A stretch of DNA of 64,000 bases from Balanoglossus misakiensis (GCA_040954595.2 CM082576.2:10295129-10359128); one strand, 5' to 3'; shown: positions 50,301-64,000, counted from the first letter of the stretch. Notes: a model not told the origin generated them from the letters alone. Numbers and translations: made by a program.

Positions 50301-53300
50301 ATGGAATTCAAAGGAGCAGTTATCAAGGTTTTATTTGTGGTTTCCGAGGTGCTGTTATTATGCAACGGCCAAGGATCGTTTCCGAAACTGATCAACGCTG
50401 GCCAAAACAAACCGATAGTGACGATACCAGCTATGGGGACATGTGGATACCTGGATGACGGTACGCAAGTGCGGAGTGGCTTCTGCCGCAGTTCCATCAA
50501 CGCCTACTCGGTGACTACATGCCAGCAAGGAGTATGTTCGCAGACTTGTTCGCATCGGACAACAACGCCGTCATCGGCGTCCCTGTTGAGTTCGCCGGGG
50601 ACGTGTGTTACCATAGATACCAGTACAGTTAGGCCGGGTTCCTCGTCGGGATCGACGGCGTTTTATTTTCGCAACAGCCCGCTCTGCTTCGTCACACCCT
50701 CCACCACCCCTGTGATCGGACAGAACGGTGCTTTTACCTTGACTGTGTGGTTAAGGTTGGATACTTCAACCGCAGGGTAAGTATGGAAATGAATAATGTG
50801 CAGTTAATCATGAAGTATGCATATGTAATTAAAGTGTAAGTTGTAACCATGGAGGTACAAGTACATGTACTACAACTGTACAGTGGTACCTCCATGGTGT
50901 AACTAACCATGACCTTGCTGCAGTACCATGCATGTACATCGGGGATTTTCCTGGTATTTTGCGTGTACAGCATACAATACCAGGAAAAACCATGAGCTAC
51001 ATGTGTGGTACTGCAACTAACCATGACCATCATCATATGCATGCACAGCTTCATCTTGGTTCATTGATAGAGCGATCGATATTATATTATACCAGTATAT
51101 TGATGGTGTAAATCACGCTATTTGATTGGTCGAGACACGACACGTGACCGTGATATATTAGCCATATACCACAGTCATATATCATAGTTAAAGAAAATGC
51201 CTTTTTAAAATGTTTTATGCAAAGTTTCAATATACTGGCATAATATAATAGCAATAAAACACCCCCAGCCATGGTATACCACTCGATTTTGACCAGTTCA
51301 ACTCCATATACGCACTCGCTATCGCTCGTGCGTATATGTCGTGAACTGGTCAAAATCTCGTGATATACCATGGCTGGGGGTGTTTTATTGCTTAAATAGA
51401 TGAGTACACTATGACTGAGCATGGATGCAGTATTGGTTATACATGTAGTACACCCATGCTCAATCTGATTAAAAACAGATGTAGGGTATGGCGACGATTT
51501 TTGCTTACATGGTAAGGTATTCATACGCTGTATGGTATTCTTTAATACGAGACATACCGGTAACAATGATTTGAAAACTCTGCTCTCACATATTGAAGAG
51601 ATTGACAACTGACTCAAACGATAATAGACACATTTTTACACATGCGTATTGCATAACTTCTAATTCTGCAAGGACATATTATTTGTACAGGTTTGATACC
51701 TTTTTCTGCCTGGGCTATCTTTGACCTTCAGTTCATATGAATGATTGATGCAAAGGTCAGCAAATTGATGACTGTGTGTTCGAAATCCAAAACAAGGACA
51801 GTGAAAGTAGTGGTCTTACATTGAGGTTTACTTTGAATTTCTCTTGAACACGATTATATCATCTAAAGTTCAAGATAGAAGAAAAGCGTGAGAGTTTCAC
51901 TTTTGAGACATTGTGATGGGTACCTGTGTGCAGCCTCAGCAATGCAGGTACACAGACCAAGAGGTAATGGGGAGTATGACTTGCAACATGGCTGTAGGAA
52001 CTCCCATGTCAAAACACAATAACCCGTCACAATGCAGCCGTTGTTAAAAGTTTTTCAGACAATACCAACGGCTGAACAATTCAACAATAAACACTGTACC
52101 TTTTGACCGGTGTGCCATTCCGTCCCTTTTGTAAATTTCAGTTGTCAAACAGCAGGTCAGGTTGGAACATGAAACCCGGGGTCTATTGTCCGCGCAAATT
52201 TTGCAATTTTATCATTTGTTCTTTTCATCCTTGTTGTATTAAACCTAGATTAGATACTGTAACACTTTGTTGTATTGTACAATGTAGAGCACAGGTCTTC
52301 CACCCTCCTCTGAATGGAGGTACTCTAATAAGTCAAAGGTCTGTGGTTATGGTTGAAGATTATGTAAGGCAATGGGATACATAAGTTAGATTTAAAATGT
52401 CTTTCAGGGCATGGGAGGTTGTTGTCGAGATCACTCTATTTTTATCACATGTCTGTTAACTTTCCCTTCAAAAATGTTGCCAATTGCAGAACAATCATTG
52501 AGAAGAAATCAACCAGTGGGATTGTGTTTGCTGTCATGGTGTCCCAGACACAGGTAGACTTTGACTACAGGACAGCTGATGGTGTCAAGACGCTCTCTTT
52601 TCAAGGTGGACTGAGTCTCAATTCCTGGCACAATCTTGCAATACAGGTAAAAAAAAACACTAAACAAAAACATGTGAAACACAGACGAGATGTGTTATAA
52701 TTAAGTAACTTTGTCCAGTTTTCAGATTAATATATGTGGTAAATATGTATTTTTTTCCTTGTTCAATTTCAGGTGTATGACACCAAAATTAGTTTATTTA
52801 TTGATGGTTTAGAACCAGATGATACTCCATACGACACCCAAACGTTGCTGGGACCGATTGTTGATGACGCTTCTGCTAGTGTCAAAATTGGACAGCGTAT
52901 CAATGGTAGGAATTGTTGCAGATGTTTATCACTTTTTGTGTTTATGAAGATGCAGAGTAATTGTTTTTATATGATGGTCACAACTTAAAACTGTTAAGGA
53001 AAACTGCTATGTTCAATAGTCACCTGCAGTGTGTGTCGACATCTTGCAAGAGTCCCTTGCAAAATTTTTGTCCAATAACTACAACTGTCGCTTTGTGACC
53101 TAATGTGAAATAAAGAATTGGCTATACAGTGGCTTTTATTTAGCAAACCTCTCTATGCTTTCCCAGGTGCTACCCAGTACATCGGCAGAATGCAGGAGTT
53201 CCAGTTTTATTCATTTGCGCTGACCAACCGGGAGATCCACCAGATCGCCACGGGCGTCTGGCAGAAGGTTCACGTCCAGACGGACTGCCGGTGTCCGGAC

Positions 53301-56300
53301 AGCCACCCGAGGGTCAATCCGTTCGACTCCCGCTTCTGCATCAAGAACGGAGAGCCAGACACCACGGATGACACGGAGTGGAGAGTGAACGAGTACGCAC
53401 ACCCGCTGACTTTTGCAAACGACGGAGACCTGGGCAGTTATTGGATTTCGGCCTTCACGGATTCTATAACCATCGATATCGATCTGTACAATGGCCAGTA
53501 CCAGGTAAGAGATCAGCATCACTACACAACATTTGCATGCACCGCAAATCGATAGTGTGAATGTTTTGAAACAGTTTCAGTGCGGGACAATACTCAGTGG
53601 TGTGAGGTCTCAGATTTGTGTTTAGAGGTAAAATGGATAGACTGAATGAATGTAGATAAGTTTGGTGCTCACTACATGTATAAACAACCCATTTATTTCA
53701 CTTTCACGTTCCAGGTGTTCTATGTGGTGCTGCAGTTCTACAGCCCACAGCCTACAGCTCTGAACATCCAACGGAAAAAGACGGACGGCCTAGCCTGGGA
53801 AGACTGGCAGTATTTTGCACAGGACTGTCAAACGCAGTACGGACTTCCAAATGATGGACCCTTGCAGACTTCGACGAGTGTCAATTGTCTACAATTTAAA
53901 GGGTAAATATGGCAAAAAAATGTGATTTCATTTTATCTTTTGAGTTTCAATGTTCAAAAATACAGGATCCCTTATATTGAAAACAAAATTGAAATTCCAG
54001 ATTCATATCTTCCATTGTGTCAGTCATACAACACCACACCACACAATACTATTCTTGAAACTTCAATATCATTTCTCTTCATCCCAACAGCGATGTGAAC
54101 AATCAGATCCCGTACTCCAAGGGCAACATAACATTCCAGTTGCTGGCACCAGAGCCAGTAGGAAGGCCGGGATACAATGACTTCTACAACACACCACAGT
54201 TACTGGAATTTGTGAAGGCGACCCAGATACGCTTACACATGCAAGGCCATTACTATGTGACCCATCAAAGGCACAATTACTACGGCATTGAAGAAGTTAC
54301 TATCAGTGCTCGGTGAGACTAATTATAGTTAATTATCTCTGGGTGGAATAAAACGTACAATAATTAAGCGAGAATGTAGGGGTGTAATCATATTAATAGA
54401 ATGCTGGTATGGAAAGTTATTGTTGCCTCGTATAAATATGTGGTGATTATTAAACAACAATGCACAATGCATAGACACAGACTGTGTTGACAGAGCAAAT
54501 GTTTTGTTTTAGCATGCTACTGGGAGTGGAATTATTTCTTAATTGCACAGAACAATACACAAATACCGATAGATTTATAAAAATTTGCCTCTCTCTTTAT
54601 TAAACCATTGAAATATTGAAACAATTTTGTCTAGTCATTGTGCGTTGCTATTTTTCTCAAAAATTTGGTCTATTATTTGGTCACACACAGATGTAACTGC
54701 CACGGCCATGCCAGTGCTTGTGACATGACGGCCAATCCCTATCAATGTGAATGTCTCCCTGAAAGTTTCACTGAAGGTTCTATGGTAAGTGTAAAGTGGT
54801 ATTTGTCGCTGGTACAGATGTTCGCGCCGTAATTACATTGGTTCTGTTCGAGATGGTTGTTTGATTGTCTGAAGTCCAGAAGAAGTTAGACATAGTAGCT
54901 TGCATAACATGTGAGCTGTTGATGCCTGTGATGTTTCTATGCCATTGGGAAGAACGGGAAAATAAAATGCTGATGCCTTGACAATTTCAATGTTTCAACA
55001 CTCTATCTAACAAAGACAAGAGATTAATTGTCACATCATAAGATAACAAAGCAATTTTGTAATTGTTATAAGTGCAGTGCGTAATAATATTTTATGATTT
55101 TCATAAATTTTCCACGTCTGTTCTCAGTGTGAAAGATGTCTACCCTTGTACAACAACAAACCATTCCGCTACGGTGATCAGATCAATGCATACAACTGCA
55201 AGCGGTGTGAGTGTTACGGACACGCAACACGTTGTACGTACATCCAGTCTGTCGACCAGTTTCCCAACGACCACAACCTTGGTGGCGGCAGTGTGTGCGA
55301 CAACTGTCAGCACAACACGGCCGGCAATCAATGCGATCAGTGCAGGACGGGTTATTACAGAGAAGTTGGCAAAGCTCTAGATGCTGTGGATGTGTGCTCT
55401 TTGTGTAATTGTAACTCCGCTGGTGCTGTTGTCAGTGGCGACTGTGAAAAGGTAAGTTGGAATTTGCAACTTGTTTTGTCTTCTAAGTTATAAACTCAAA
55501 GTTTACTTTAACATCTTGTCGTTGAGCTAAAGTTGAAAATATTTCCATTTCTTTCAAATTGAAGTGTTTGGATTCTCCTGTGTAAGAGTTGTCAAAATCA
55601 GAATAAAAATGTAGAGATCCCTCTGCTACACTTTCAGGTAGGAGGGCAGTGCAGCTGTAAAACATACGTCACTGGTCGACAATGTGACACATGCGCAGTG
55701 GGATATTACAACTTGCAAGCCTCTAATCCGGATGGCTGTGAGGTCTGTAACTGCAACCCAGCGGGTTCTGTAGGGATTGGATCTTCGTGTGATCAAGCCA
55801 CTGGTGACTGTGTCTGCAAAACCAATGTCATTGGTGAGTGTACCTGTACATATAGGAATTTATTAATTTACATGTACTTGTGATGTCACTGTTGCATAAT
55901 AGATCAATAGCTCAGATTTCTGACTCTAAAGACATAAAATTTGACATTTTATCTTCTAGAATTTCCTTTATCTTGTATTCCCAAAGTAGCAAGGGTGTTT
56001 GATTTCACAGTCCATTTATCTGGTTCTCTAGGTATCAACATGAAGATTGTAAAGAGCATGTCTTTCCATTATTCCCATTCTAGGCATAGGCTGTGATCAG
56101 TGTAACTATGGTTACAAAAACTTGGATGCCAACAACCCCCTTGGATGTGACCCATGCAATTGCGATCCGTTCGGTTCGACAAGTCCATACTGCGACCCTG
56201 TGAGCAGCCAGTGTCAGTGTCAACCCACAACCATGGGACTGCTATGTAACATGTGCCAGGATAATTACTACGGGCTTGACAGTACAGGATGCAAGTCGTG

Positions 56301-59300
56301 TCAGTGTGATCCCAGTGGGGCTTTACCTGGGACTACGTGTAATAAGATAACCGGACAGTGTGTTTGTAAAGCAAATCTCCAGGTAGGGGTAGCAGCGATG
56401 TTTTGAATGATTCTAGATGTGATTCTTCGTATATTCCTATGTGAGAAAATGGTTTATTTTGAAAATGCAAACAGAGGTGTTATAGGACGGTCATTTGCAT
56501 GCCTGAAACATGGCAACTTTGATGGTGACAGGAGTAGCCGAAGCAGTTTCACTACAATAACTGGCTTGTGCGAAAGGGGGTCTGACTCTTTGGTTTGCGA
56601 AAGTCATGATACTATGATACAGCCACCAGTTACTGAGATCAATAAACTTCATGTGGCAAGCAACAAAAATCCATTAAAAATTGTAAATAGGTATTCTTAC
56701 AGCAAGAGATAGGAGTGACCGTCTCTGGTAAAATTAAAGTTAAACACAAAAAAACGTGACCCACTGATGAACATTTCTTAATTTTTTTAGGGTCGGCAAT
56801 GCAATGAATGCAAAGATGGTTTTTACAACCTACAAGCTGCCAATTCAGACGGCTGCACTCCGTGTGGCTGCAACACAGACGGCACCCTGGCCGGCTCCTC
56901 TGTCTGTGATAAACTGTCTGGCCAGTGCCAGTGTAAATCTCTGGTCTCCGGTCGGACATGCAACCAGTGTCAGGGAAACAGTTGGGGGCTGAGTGCTACA
57001 AACCCCGATGGCTGTCAGGCCTGTAACTGTGATCCCTCAGGTGAGTTGGAATCCCGTCACCCCTATGTCATTTTGGTTACAAAAACTTGGATGTCGACAA
57101 CCCCCTTGGATATGACCCATGCAACTGCGACCCGTTAGGTACAAAAAATTTGACCAAACTGATTTAGAGGTTTGAAAAATACCTGGAGCTGAAAATCTGT
57201 AGAAACAACACAATTTGAAGATTTTCTGCTTGCAGCGGTGTGTGTTAGGAATCTTGCCAGCGATAGCAGACACCATTCAGTGTATATTGTATGAATAATG
57301 TCATTAAATTATGACTGTTTGTGTGTTTGGCAGGGACTCTCTACGGTGATCAGTTTGCTCCGTCTGAGTTGGGATGTGACCAGAACTCAGGTCAGTGCAC
57401 TTGTTTGACGGGGAGGACAGGCAGAAGATGTGATAGCTGTAATGTCGGTGAGTATAATGCTCTATTTTGTTACCCCGGTACTTCTGGGCAATTTCCCCAC
57501 ACTGAAGTGTGGTGGTTAAAGCCTAATAGTAACCACACATTTGATGAGTTAGATATGTTTTTTTTTACATCTGCATGTAGCTAGCTCTGTCCATTGTTTT
57601 TGAGGCTGTGTGTGGTTTTTGGCTTAAAACATAGTAAATTACTAAGCAACCATCACCATTACCACCACAACCATGAACATCAACACCATCGCCATTGTCA
57701 TCATCAGTGATCAAGACCTTGTGTGCTGATTTGATAATAAACTACTGAATGCTTTTACTTTCTTACCCATTTGATAATATATCTAACCAGAAGTGTTTTC
57801 AATTTTCAGGTTATTACCTACCCAGTGCGGGTACCTCAGGTTGTTCGCTGTGTGACTGCCATCCCATGGGCACTTTGTTTGGAACTACATGTAACCCAGT
57901 GTCTGGCCAGTGTCAGTGTCGAGGTAACAACGCCGGTGTGACAGGCAGACAGTGTAATGCCTGTACGAATGGATATTACAATTTCAATGATGCCTCGGGC
58001 ATGTAAGTACTGCATTGAATGCAAATAATGTCATTGAAAATAATTTTTGAAGGGAAAAGTTTTGTTTGTTATCTTTTAGACTGTCTTGCTAAAAGAAAAA
58101 TATTGCTAAAGTGAGATATGTTAACAATTTCTACTTTGTCATCTTGAACATTTTTTATTTTACAGGTGTACTCACTGCAACTGCAACGCAGCCGGCAGTG
58201 TTGATATCAGCTGTGATGCAAATACTGGCGTATGTCAGTGCAAACTCTATGTCATGGGGGACAAGTGCGACACTTGTATTCCCGGAAGTAGTAACCTAGA
58301 CATCAATAATCCATATGGATGTACAAAAAGTAAGTCAGACGGTGTGACAATGTGTGTGGGGGTCTTCCAGAATTTGTTGCCTTTGGGCAAAGACAAAACT
58401 AACATTGGGAGGATGCATTATTTAAAGGTGATGAGGCACTTTTACAGAATTACAGAATCTTTCTCATTCTTTGTCCTGATTTGTACAATATACAGTATGG
58501 TTCAGTACTGTTTGACCTCTGTTGGAATATGAAAATCCACCAGTATGTACAGCAGACTGATTCTGATATAAACACCCCAATGCTAACTTCCCTAACCACC
58601 AATTTGATTTCAGCACCCTCCCAACAGCCACCACCAACCTGGGAAGCGCTCAGTTCTACGTCGATCAAATTGACCTGGGAGCCTCCTGATGAACCAAACG
58701 GTGCAATTTTATGGTATGGTGTCTACAGAGATAGTGTGCTCATATTCCAGGGTATTCCCAGCGACAATGCACTAGGTAAGATGACGTTTGCATTGACATT
58801 GATTGAAAGAGAATACAGTTGTCGGTTTCAAAATAATGAAGTTGACATTTTCTGACTTTTTCTCTGCAGTGACGCAGGAATACACTGATAGAAATCTACA
58901 GCCTTACACTCAGTATACTTACTTCATCATGGTGGCCAACTCTGCTGGAACTGCTGTAAGTCCCACAGTGACTGCCTTAACGCAGGACAGTATACCGGTT
59001 GGATTCGATGTTCTTGTATCTGGCAATATCGGCCCACGGTCAGCTGTTTTTTCATGGTCCAAACCTCAAGGTAAGTACATGTGGATGTAAGTTCACCTTG
59101 ACTATTAATGGACGGGCTATCTACCCTGGTATGCATTATTTTACACTTTATCCAGTATCAGCATAATGTGGTCTGCATTAGTTACCATTATAGTTTTTTT
59201 TCATAATGCTTTTTACTATAATGACAACTGCAGCTTTTGTAATTTCTCCTTTTCAGCTGAAGCTGGACAAAGTATAATGTGGTACCAGCCATCTGTTATC

Positions 59301-62300
59301 AGTACTTAAATTGAGATGGCTGCAGCAATCATGCTGGCATTTTGTTAAATGTACATACATCACCATACATTAGTAACATTTCATGCCCCAACACATATCA
59401 ATGTTTTCATTACAACATCAGTGTCCACTCCATGGTGTGCAATGCTCTCAGATATTTTAAGCTACCACAATCCTCATTGCTGTACAAACATGTCATTCCA
59501 TTGCTCCCTTTGCAGAGGTGAACAGTCCCATCACGCAGTATCAGCTAACGTCAGTGTCGCTCAGTCAGCCCGATCCGCCCGTCATCCATTACACCGGCCT
59601 GAACACCTTCATGCAGGTGGTCAACCTGGTGCCGTTCACCAACTACACATTCACCCTGACAGTCTGCACGGCCAGCGGGTGCGGGAACAGCGCTCCGGTC
59701 GTCGTCATCACCCCCGAGGCACCGCCGCAACTGCAGTCGCCGCCGTCGGCCGTTCCGCTGAGTTCGTCTGAAATCTTCCTGTCGTGGCAGCCACCACTTC
59801 TACCAAATGGTGAGTTTACCTGGTCATACATTCCTTAGCTGAATGTCAAGAACATTATACTGTGTTCTCCCCAGGAATTTCTGATACAGTATTGACTAAT
59901 TTGCATAAAAAAATTTAAGTTAGGGTAACGGTTGATATTCTTTAATTGTTCTGGGAAGAACACTAAAATTTTATATACCCTAAATGCAACATCAAAACTT
60001 CCAAAGAGACAAGAGCTTTACTTGAAACATGCACACTTATAATAAATGTTCTATTCCTGTACACACACAGGTATCATCACCCACTATGAGGTGTTCATGA
60101 GAGGGCTGCCGGACTCCCAAGGGATCCGGGATCCCCCCGAGACCCGGATCTTCTTCCCGGCCGGTTGGTACAATCCCCGACCCACGGTGACCCCGCTGGA
60201 GGATCCCATCCTGCCGCCGGCCACCAACTATACCGTGTCAAACCTTGACCCTTACACGACCTACGAATTCAAAGTGACCTCCAGGAACGGTGCGGGGACG
60301 ACAGAGAGTAGTTGGAGCTCGGCCAGAACTTTGGAGGCAGGTAAGACGTGGACTGCAAGATTACTGTGTGTGACTTTTAGATGTTGAGTATATCAGTGGG
60401 CATGAATAATATATCAGTGTGTAGATAATCATGACTATTGATGAAATCCAAGCAGGAACAACAAGAGTGTCCCCATCAGACAGGTCTAATACTGATTTGT
60501 TACATTTGGCTTGCAATATTTTGTGTTTATAAGAGTGCAGATAGAGATGTGTCCATGAAAACAATTGTCACTGATGAAATGTGACCATAAGGTCCTGACG
60601 TTGTTACTTTTTACCTAAAGATCATATTCCAGTGTTCTTCGTGACTTTTCTGTTATGGAAGATAAAAGTTGAAGGAGATACCAGCAGAACTAATGCTTTT
60701 TTGTACAATTCCTTTTGTAGCACCACTGTCTATGCCAGCACCTGTAGTCTACCCTGTGTCGAGCAGTGCCCTCAACGTCACCTGGCAAGAACCTAGCATC
60801 GAGCAGAGTCGTGGAGAAATCACTGCTTACAATGTTTACTTGATAACTGTCAGTGAAGATCCCTTTGCACCACCACAGGTAGCGCAGGTAAGATTAAAAT
60901 TCTTGACACCTTAATTTCAGTTTGGCTAAAATACAGAATCGACATGCCTTGCTTACTGATTAGTAGGGATAGTCTCATCTTTCTTTGAAGTTGTAGGCTG
61001 TCCTCCCAGGACACTTGTAACTGCAACACTTTAACACTGACTATAAATATGCTTTACAAATCATGTTTGATCAATTCATATTTCAGTTATTATACGAAGC
61101 ATCTGGAGTTGAGTTCTATTACGTTGCTGATAGGTTCGAAGCTTTCTCTGAACATGAGTTCTACATTGAGGCTTGTAACAGCATTGCGTGTGTCAGTAGT
61201 CCGACTGCAAAGGGAGTTACACTGCCTGATGGTAAGTATAGACTTGATGGAGTGTGACCGAGGTCTTGTCTTCAAAACAGCAGTGGATATAACATCCATA
61301 TGCTATCTTATGACAAATGAGTCAAATTGTACCTGTCCAGGTGTAAAAATGTTATTGCTCAGACTGGTGACCATCATGATGAATAACCATAGTAACACAT
61401 TTAGCAGGGTATTGAGCTCCCCCCACTTTTAGAAGTATTGCACAGTGAATTCCAAATGGCGTGGACTTGCATCTTCCTGATGTCATTACATTTGTAACTT
61501 TAGAAAATGCGTGTACATGTATTTCACATTTGCAATATCTAATAATTGACATTTGGAATTTTATTTAAATCAGCACCAGGTAATCAAGCTGCCCCAGCAG
61601 TTGAAGGATACAATTCCACCGTGATGTACATCAGTTGGATACCGCCGCTTGAATTGAACGGTCCGTCTCCCAGCTACCAATTGCATCGTACCATGGCCTC
61701 ATTTAGTATACCGCCACCTAGAGTCACTACAGGGAGAAGGTTCCCCGGTGGTGGCTATTACTTGTTCCCAAGTGACACAATCCCATCATCTTCATATACT
61801 GGTAAGGGTGAATTCACTATTTTCTATAAATCTGATGCGTCAGATTCCCTAGAATTATTTTTTGCTGAAGACAGAACTTGACATTTACTGGTATTTAATA
61901 CGTTATGTTTGATTCTGTTTGCAGGAATCGAACTTGAGTTTAAAACTCGAAGGTCAAGCATTGGCCAGACTCCGTTAGATGCCCTGCTGTTATTTGCCGT
62001 GTCAGATGGACAGCAGGAGGAGTACATCGTGATCCAAATCAGAGATGGACGGCCGTGGTTCTTGTTCGACCCTCAAGGGGGCGCTGTTGCCATCACGCCA
62101 TTCAACGACAACGGTAAACTGTACGATGACGGCGAGTGGCACCACATCCGGGTGTTGCGCACTGGAAACTATGGAACCATCACTGTTGATAGATTGTACA
62201 CAGGTAGGGAGAAAATGTGTGCTTGATAAATGTGTAATCGTCAGTCTACTATTAAACCCAAAAAAAACGACCCAAAAAATAACCTAGCATTGGTCATAGC

Positions 62301-64000
62301 ATGCTTTGCCCTAGTCCACTGATGTGCTCAGTCATATATCAGATCTGACGAGGTACAGGTATGCATTACGGTAAAGTCAACGTACAAGACACAACACAAA
62401 CACCTGTGTTGTGCAGGATATATACCAACACTTCGGTGCATATTCATAGTATTTCTGCAGGACTGCTATTTCCTTCACCTGCGGCAGTCACATGCTGAGT
62501 GGTTGTCAACCGGATCGATCAAATACGTTGCAATGGTAATTGTGTCTAAGTGGTATTCTGGATAATAATAAACTTTTTCCTATGACCCAAGACCCTGCTT
62601 GTTCATGTTCTGGTTAACAATATGCCTCCATTTTCAGGTACTGGAATGTCGCCAACTTCATCGCAGGTGATTGGACAAACGACTGGTGTGTACGTAGGTG
62701 GGCTACCCGATGACTTCACGCTGGTCAGATCTGACGTCGGAAACACTGAAGTCATCCGACAGGGTTTTGTCGGCTGCGTGAGAAACGTCAGGATAAAGAA
62801 ACAGCACACGCCGACAGAGGTGTGGGAAGATCTGGACTGGGATGCCGCTGTGTCGAGTTCTCACGTTTTCCCAACAATGGAAGGATGTCCAACGGAACTA
62901 CAGAGTGGTATTCAGTTCCTGGGCAGAGGTAAGAGCAGATTTTATGTCAGTATCAAATACTTATTGAATTAAAGCCTCTCTTGGAGAGTTATTGATCTGT
63001 ATATGTACCGCAAGACCATTGAATTTGTCTCTTTCCACAGTGTTACACTTAGAATAGCTTTTCATTTATTTGAGATTTTGCAACTTGACTCAGTCAAAAG
63101 ACTTAAATTTAACAGCACACAAAATTTCAATGTCGCCACCCTACAATATCACACTGAGTGTTATTCAAACCTGGCTTCAGACAAAATCCTCATGGATGCT
63201 TCATATTTTGCCACAAATGGTTAATTCTATGTTGTTTTGTGCACACAGGTTATGCTGTTCTACCAGCGGGTCTGTTCACTGGTGGATCCAGCTTCTCTAT
63301 CATGTTTGATTTCCGTACTGAGCTCAACTCGGGGACGATGTTTGTTGGCACGGGAACTGCTGGTTCATTCATGCTCGTTGAATTAGTCAATGGCAACATC
63401 AGAGTAAGTGTGAATTTATTAACATGACATTGAGTGTTGGGTATCTTCTTATCATTGGGTTACAACATCAAAGTCTTTGATATTCACGTTTTTGTTTGTG
63501 TGAAGATATTCAACTCTGGTTGGAATATCACTAGACTAGTGCTAGTACATGTACTGGAATTTAGACTACTGTGGTCCTGATTGTTCAACAAGCTTCTTGC
63601 AGTCATTTACTCCGATTACAACCATGTGTTGCTTTCTGGTCTACTAGTATAGTCTATAGTCCAGCTGAGCCCTGAAGTTTGCATGCATGGAGCAGTTAGC
63701 TCATTCTTTTCTCACTCTCAACATATTAAACATGTGCAACTTCGTCATAACATGTGCCGACTTTTTTTCCTTCTCCAGTGGCAGATTTATTCAGGAAGTG
63801 GCATTCCATCAGTGGTCACTCTGCAAGTCGCCGGCGGAATTCTCTGCAATGGACAGTGGGTCACCATGACTTTGAGTAAAACCACCAGTCAGATGTCAAT
63901 CAACATGATGAATGGGCCCGCCCAGGTGGCTACAGTCAACACTGGCGCCTTGCAGATCTTGTCTGAGTTGTACGTGGGTGGCTTGGCCCAGCAGTCGGAC
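50301..64000 (+). CDS. USH2A: Usherin (USH2A), 5' part; the gene continues beyond the window
   Basis: Coding exons: 50301-50776, 52490-52646, 52773-52905, 53167-53504, 53715-53902, 54091-54312, 54691-54784, 55128-55451, 55638-55833, 56084-56382, 56791-57040, 57334-57447, 57810-58002, 58166-58329, 58614-58775, 58870-59070, 59516-59809, 60071-60340, 60721-60887, 61087-61231, 61574-61801, 61925-62203, 62638-62928, 63249-63403, 63779->64000. All are GT-AG with continuous frame. Domain order: signal peptide (MEFKGAVIKVLFVVSEVLLLCNG), LamG-like jellyroll (FTLTVWL, WHNLAIQV), laminin N-terminal (CRCPDSHPRV, FANDGD, YQVFY, WEDWQYFAQDC, RPGYNDFYNTPQLLEFVKAT), 10 laminin-EGF repeats, 4 FN3, then LamG domains. 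This is the usherin-specific architecture. Confidence 0.96.
51085..51400. mobile_element. Crypton-like non-autonomous element with a ~143-bp near-perfect palindrome (51250-51392)
   Basis: AGCAATAAAACACCCCCAGCCATGGTATA...TATACCATGGCTGGGGGTGTTTTATTGCT arms around a CTCGCTATCGCTCG centre, plus upstream TGATTGG and GCCATATACCAC motifs. The Crypton assignment rests on recalled resemblance only. Confidence 0.6.
57066..57140 (+). pseudogene. Intronic degenerate duplicate of part of usherin exon 56084-56382
   Basis: TGTCATTTTGGTTACAAAAACTTGGATGTCGACAACCCCCTTGGATATGACCCATGCAACTGCGACCCGTT aligns without gaps to 56101-56171. Confidence 0.8.
59860..59965. mobile_element. Small degenerate hAT-like MITE in an usherin intron
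   Basis: Inverted ends GTGTTCTCCCCAG / CTGGGAAGAACAC. No clean TSD seen. Confidence 0.35.

Noticed and set aside
51087-51617. 176-aa minus-strand ORF
   Set aside because: It runs through a palindromic repeat element and has no protein-like features.
61574-61881. Short secreted usherin isoform by read-through of the exon equivalent to human exon 21
   Set aside because: The frame stays open for about 26 codons, but no polyadenylation signal was seen in this short intron.
1-64000. Very frequent TACATGTA palindrome as a regulatory signal
   Set aside because: It is scattered through introns and intergenic DNA alike and looks like a genome-wide compositional feature rather than a locus-specific one.

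Overview
AT-rich, intron-rich animal genomic DNA. It is probably a marine invertebrate: intron positions resemble human ones and marine-invertebrate-type MITEs are abundant, but the taxon cannot be fixed from sequence. Three protein-coding genes were reconstructed by hand with GT-AG boundaries and continuous phase. (1) A complete Smaug/SAMD4 RNA-binding protein gene on the minus strand (10 coding exons, 20681->3658, 747 aa). (2) A complete GTP cyclohydrolase 1 gene on the minus strand (6 exons, 39580->30462, 258 aa). (3) The 5' part of an usherin (USH2A) gene on the plus strand (25 coding exons from 50301 to the window end), with a probable non-coding first exon near 42.8 kb, head-to-head with GCH1. 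The putative usherin first intron holds a ~3.7-kb 116-bp satellite with a ~1.34-kb higher-order duplication, preceded by a minisatellite of perfect 5' splice-site motifs. Many non-autonomous DNA transposons are present (AcademH-like with 9-10 bp TSDs, Tc1/mariner-like, Kolobok-like, Crypton-like, piggyBac-like). I found no CRISPR array, RNA gene or intact transposase, and I cannot confidently claim a wholly new biological system. The best leads are the SAMD4-GCH1 microsynteny, the splice-signal/satellite architecture of the usherin first intron, the regulatory motifs around GCH1/USH2A, and an intronic copy of an usherin exon fragment.
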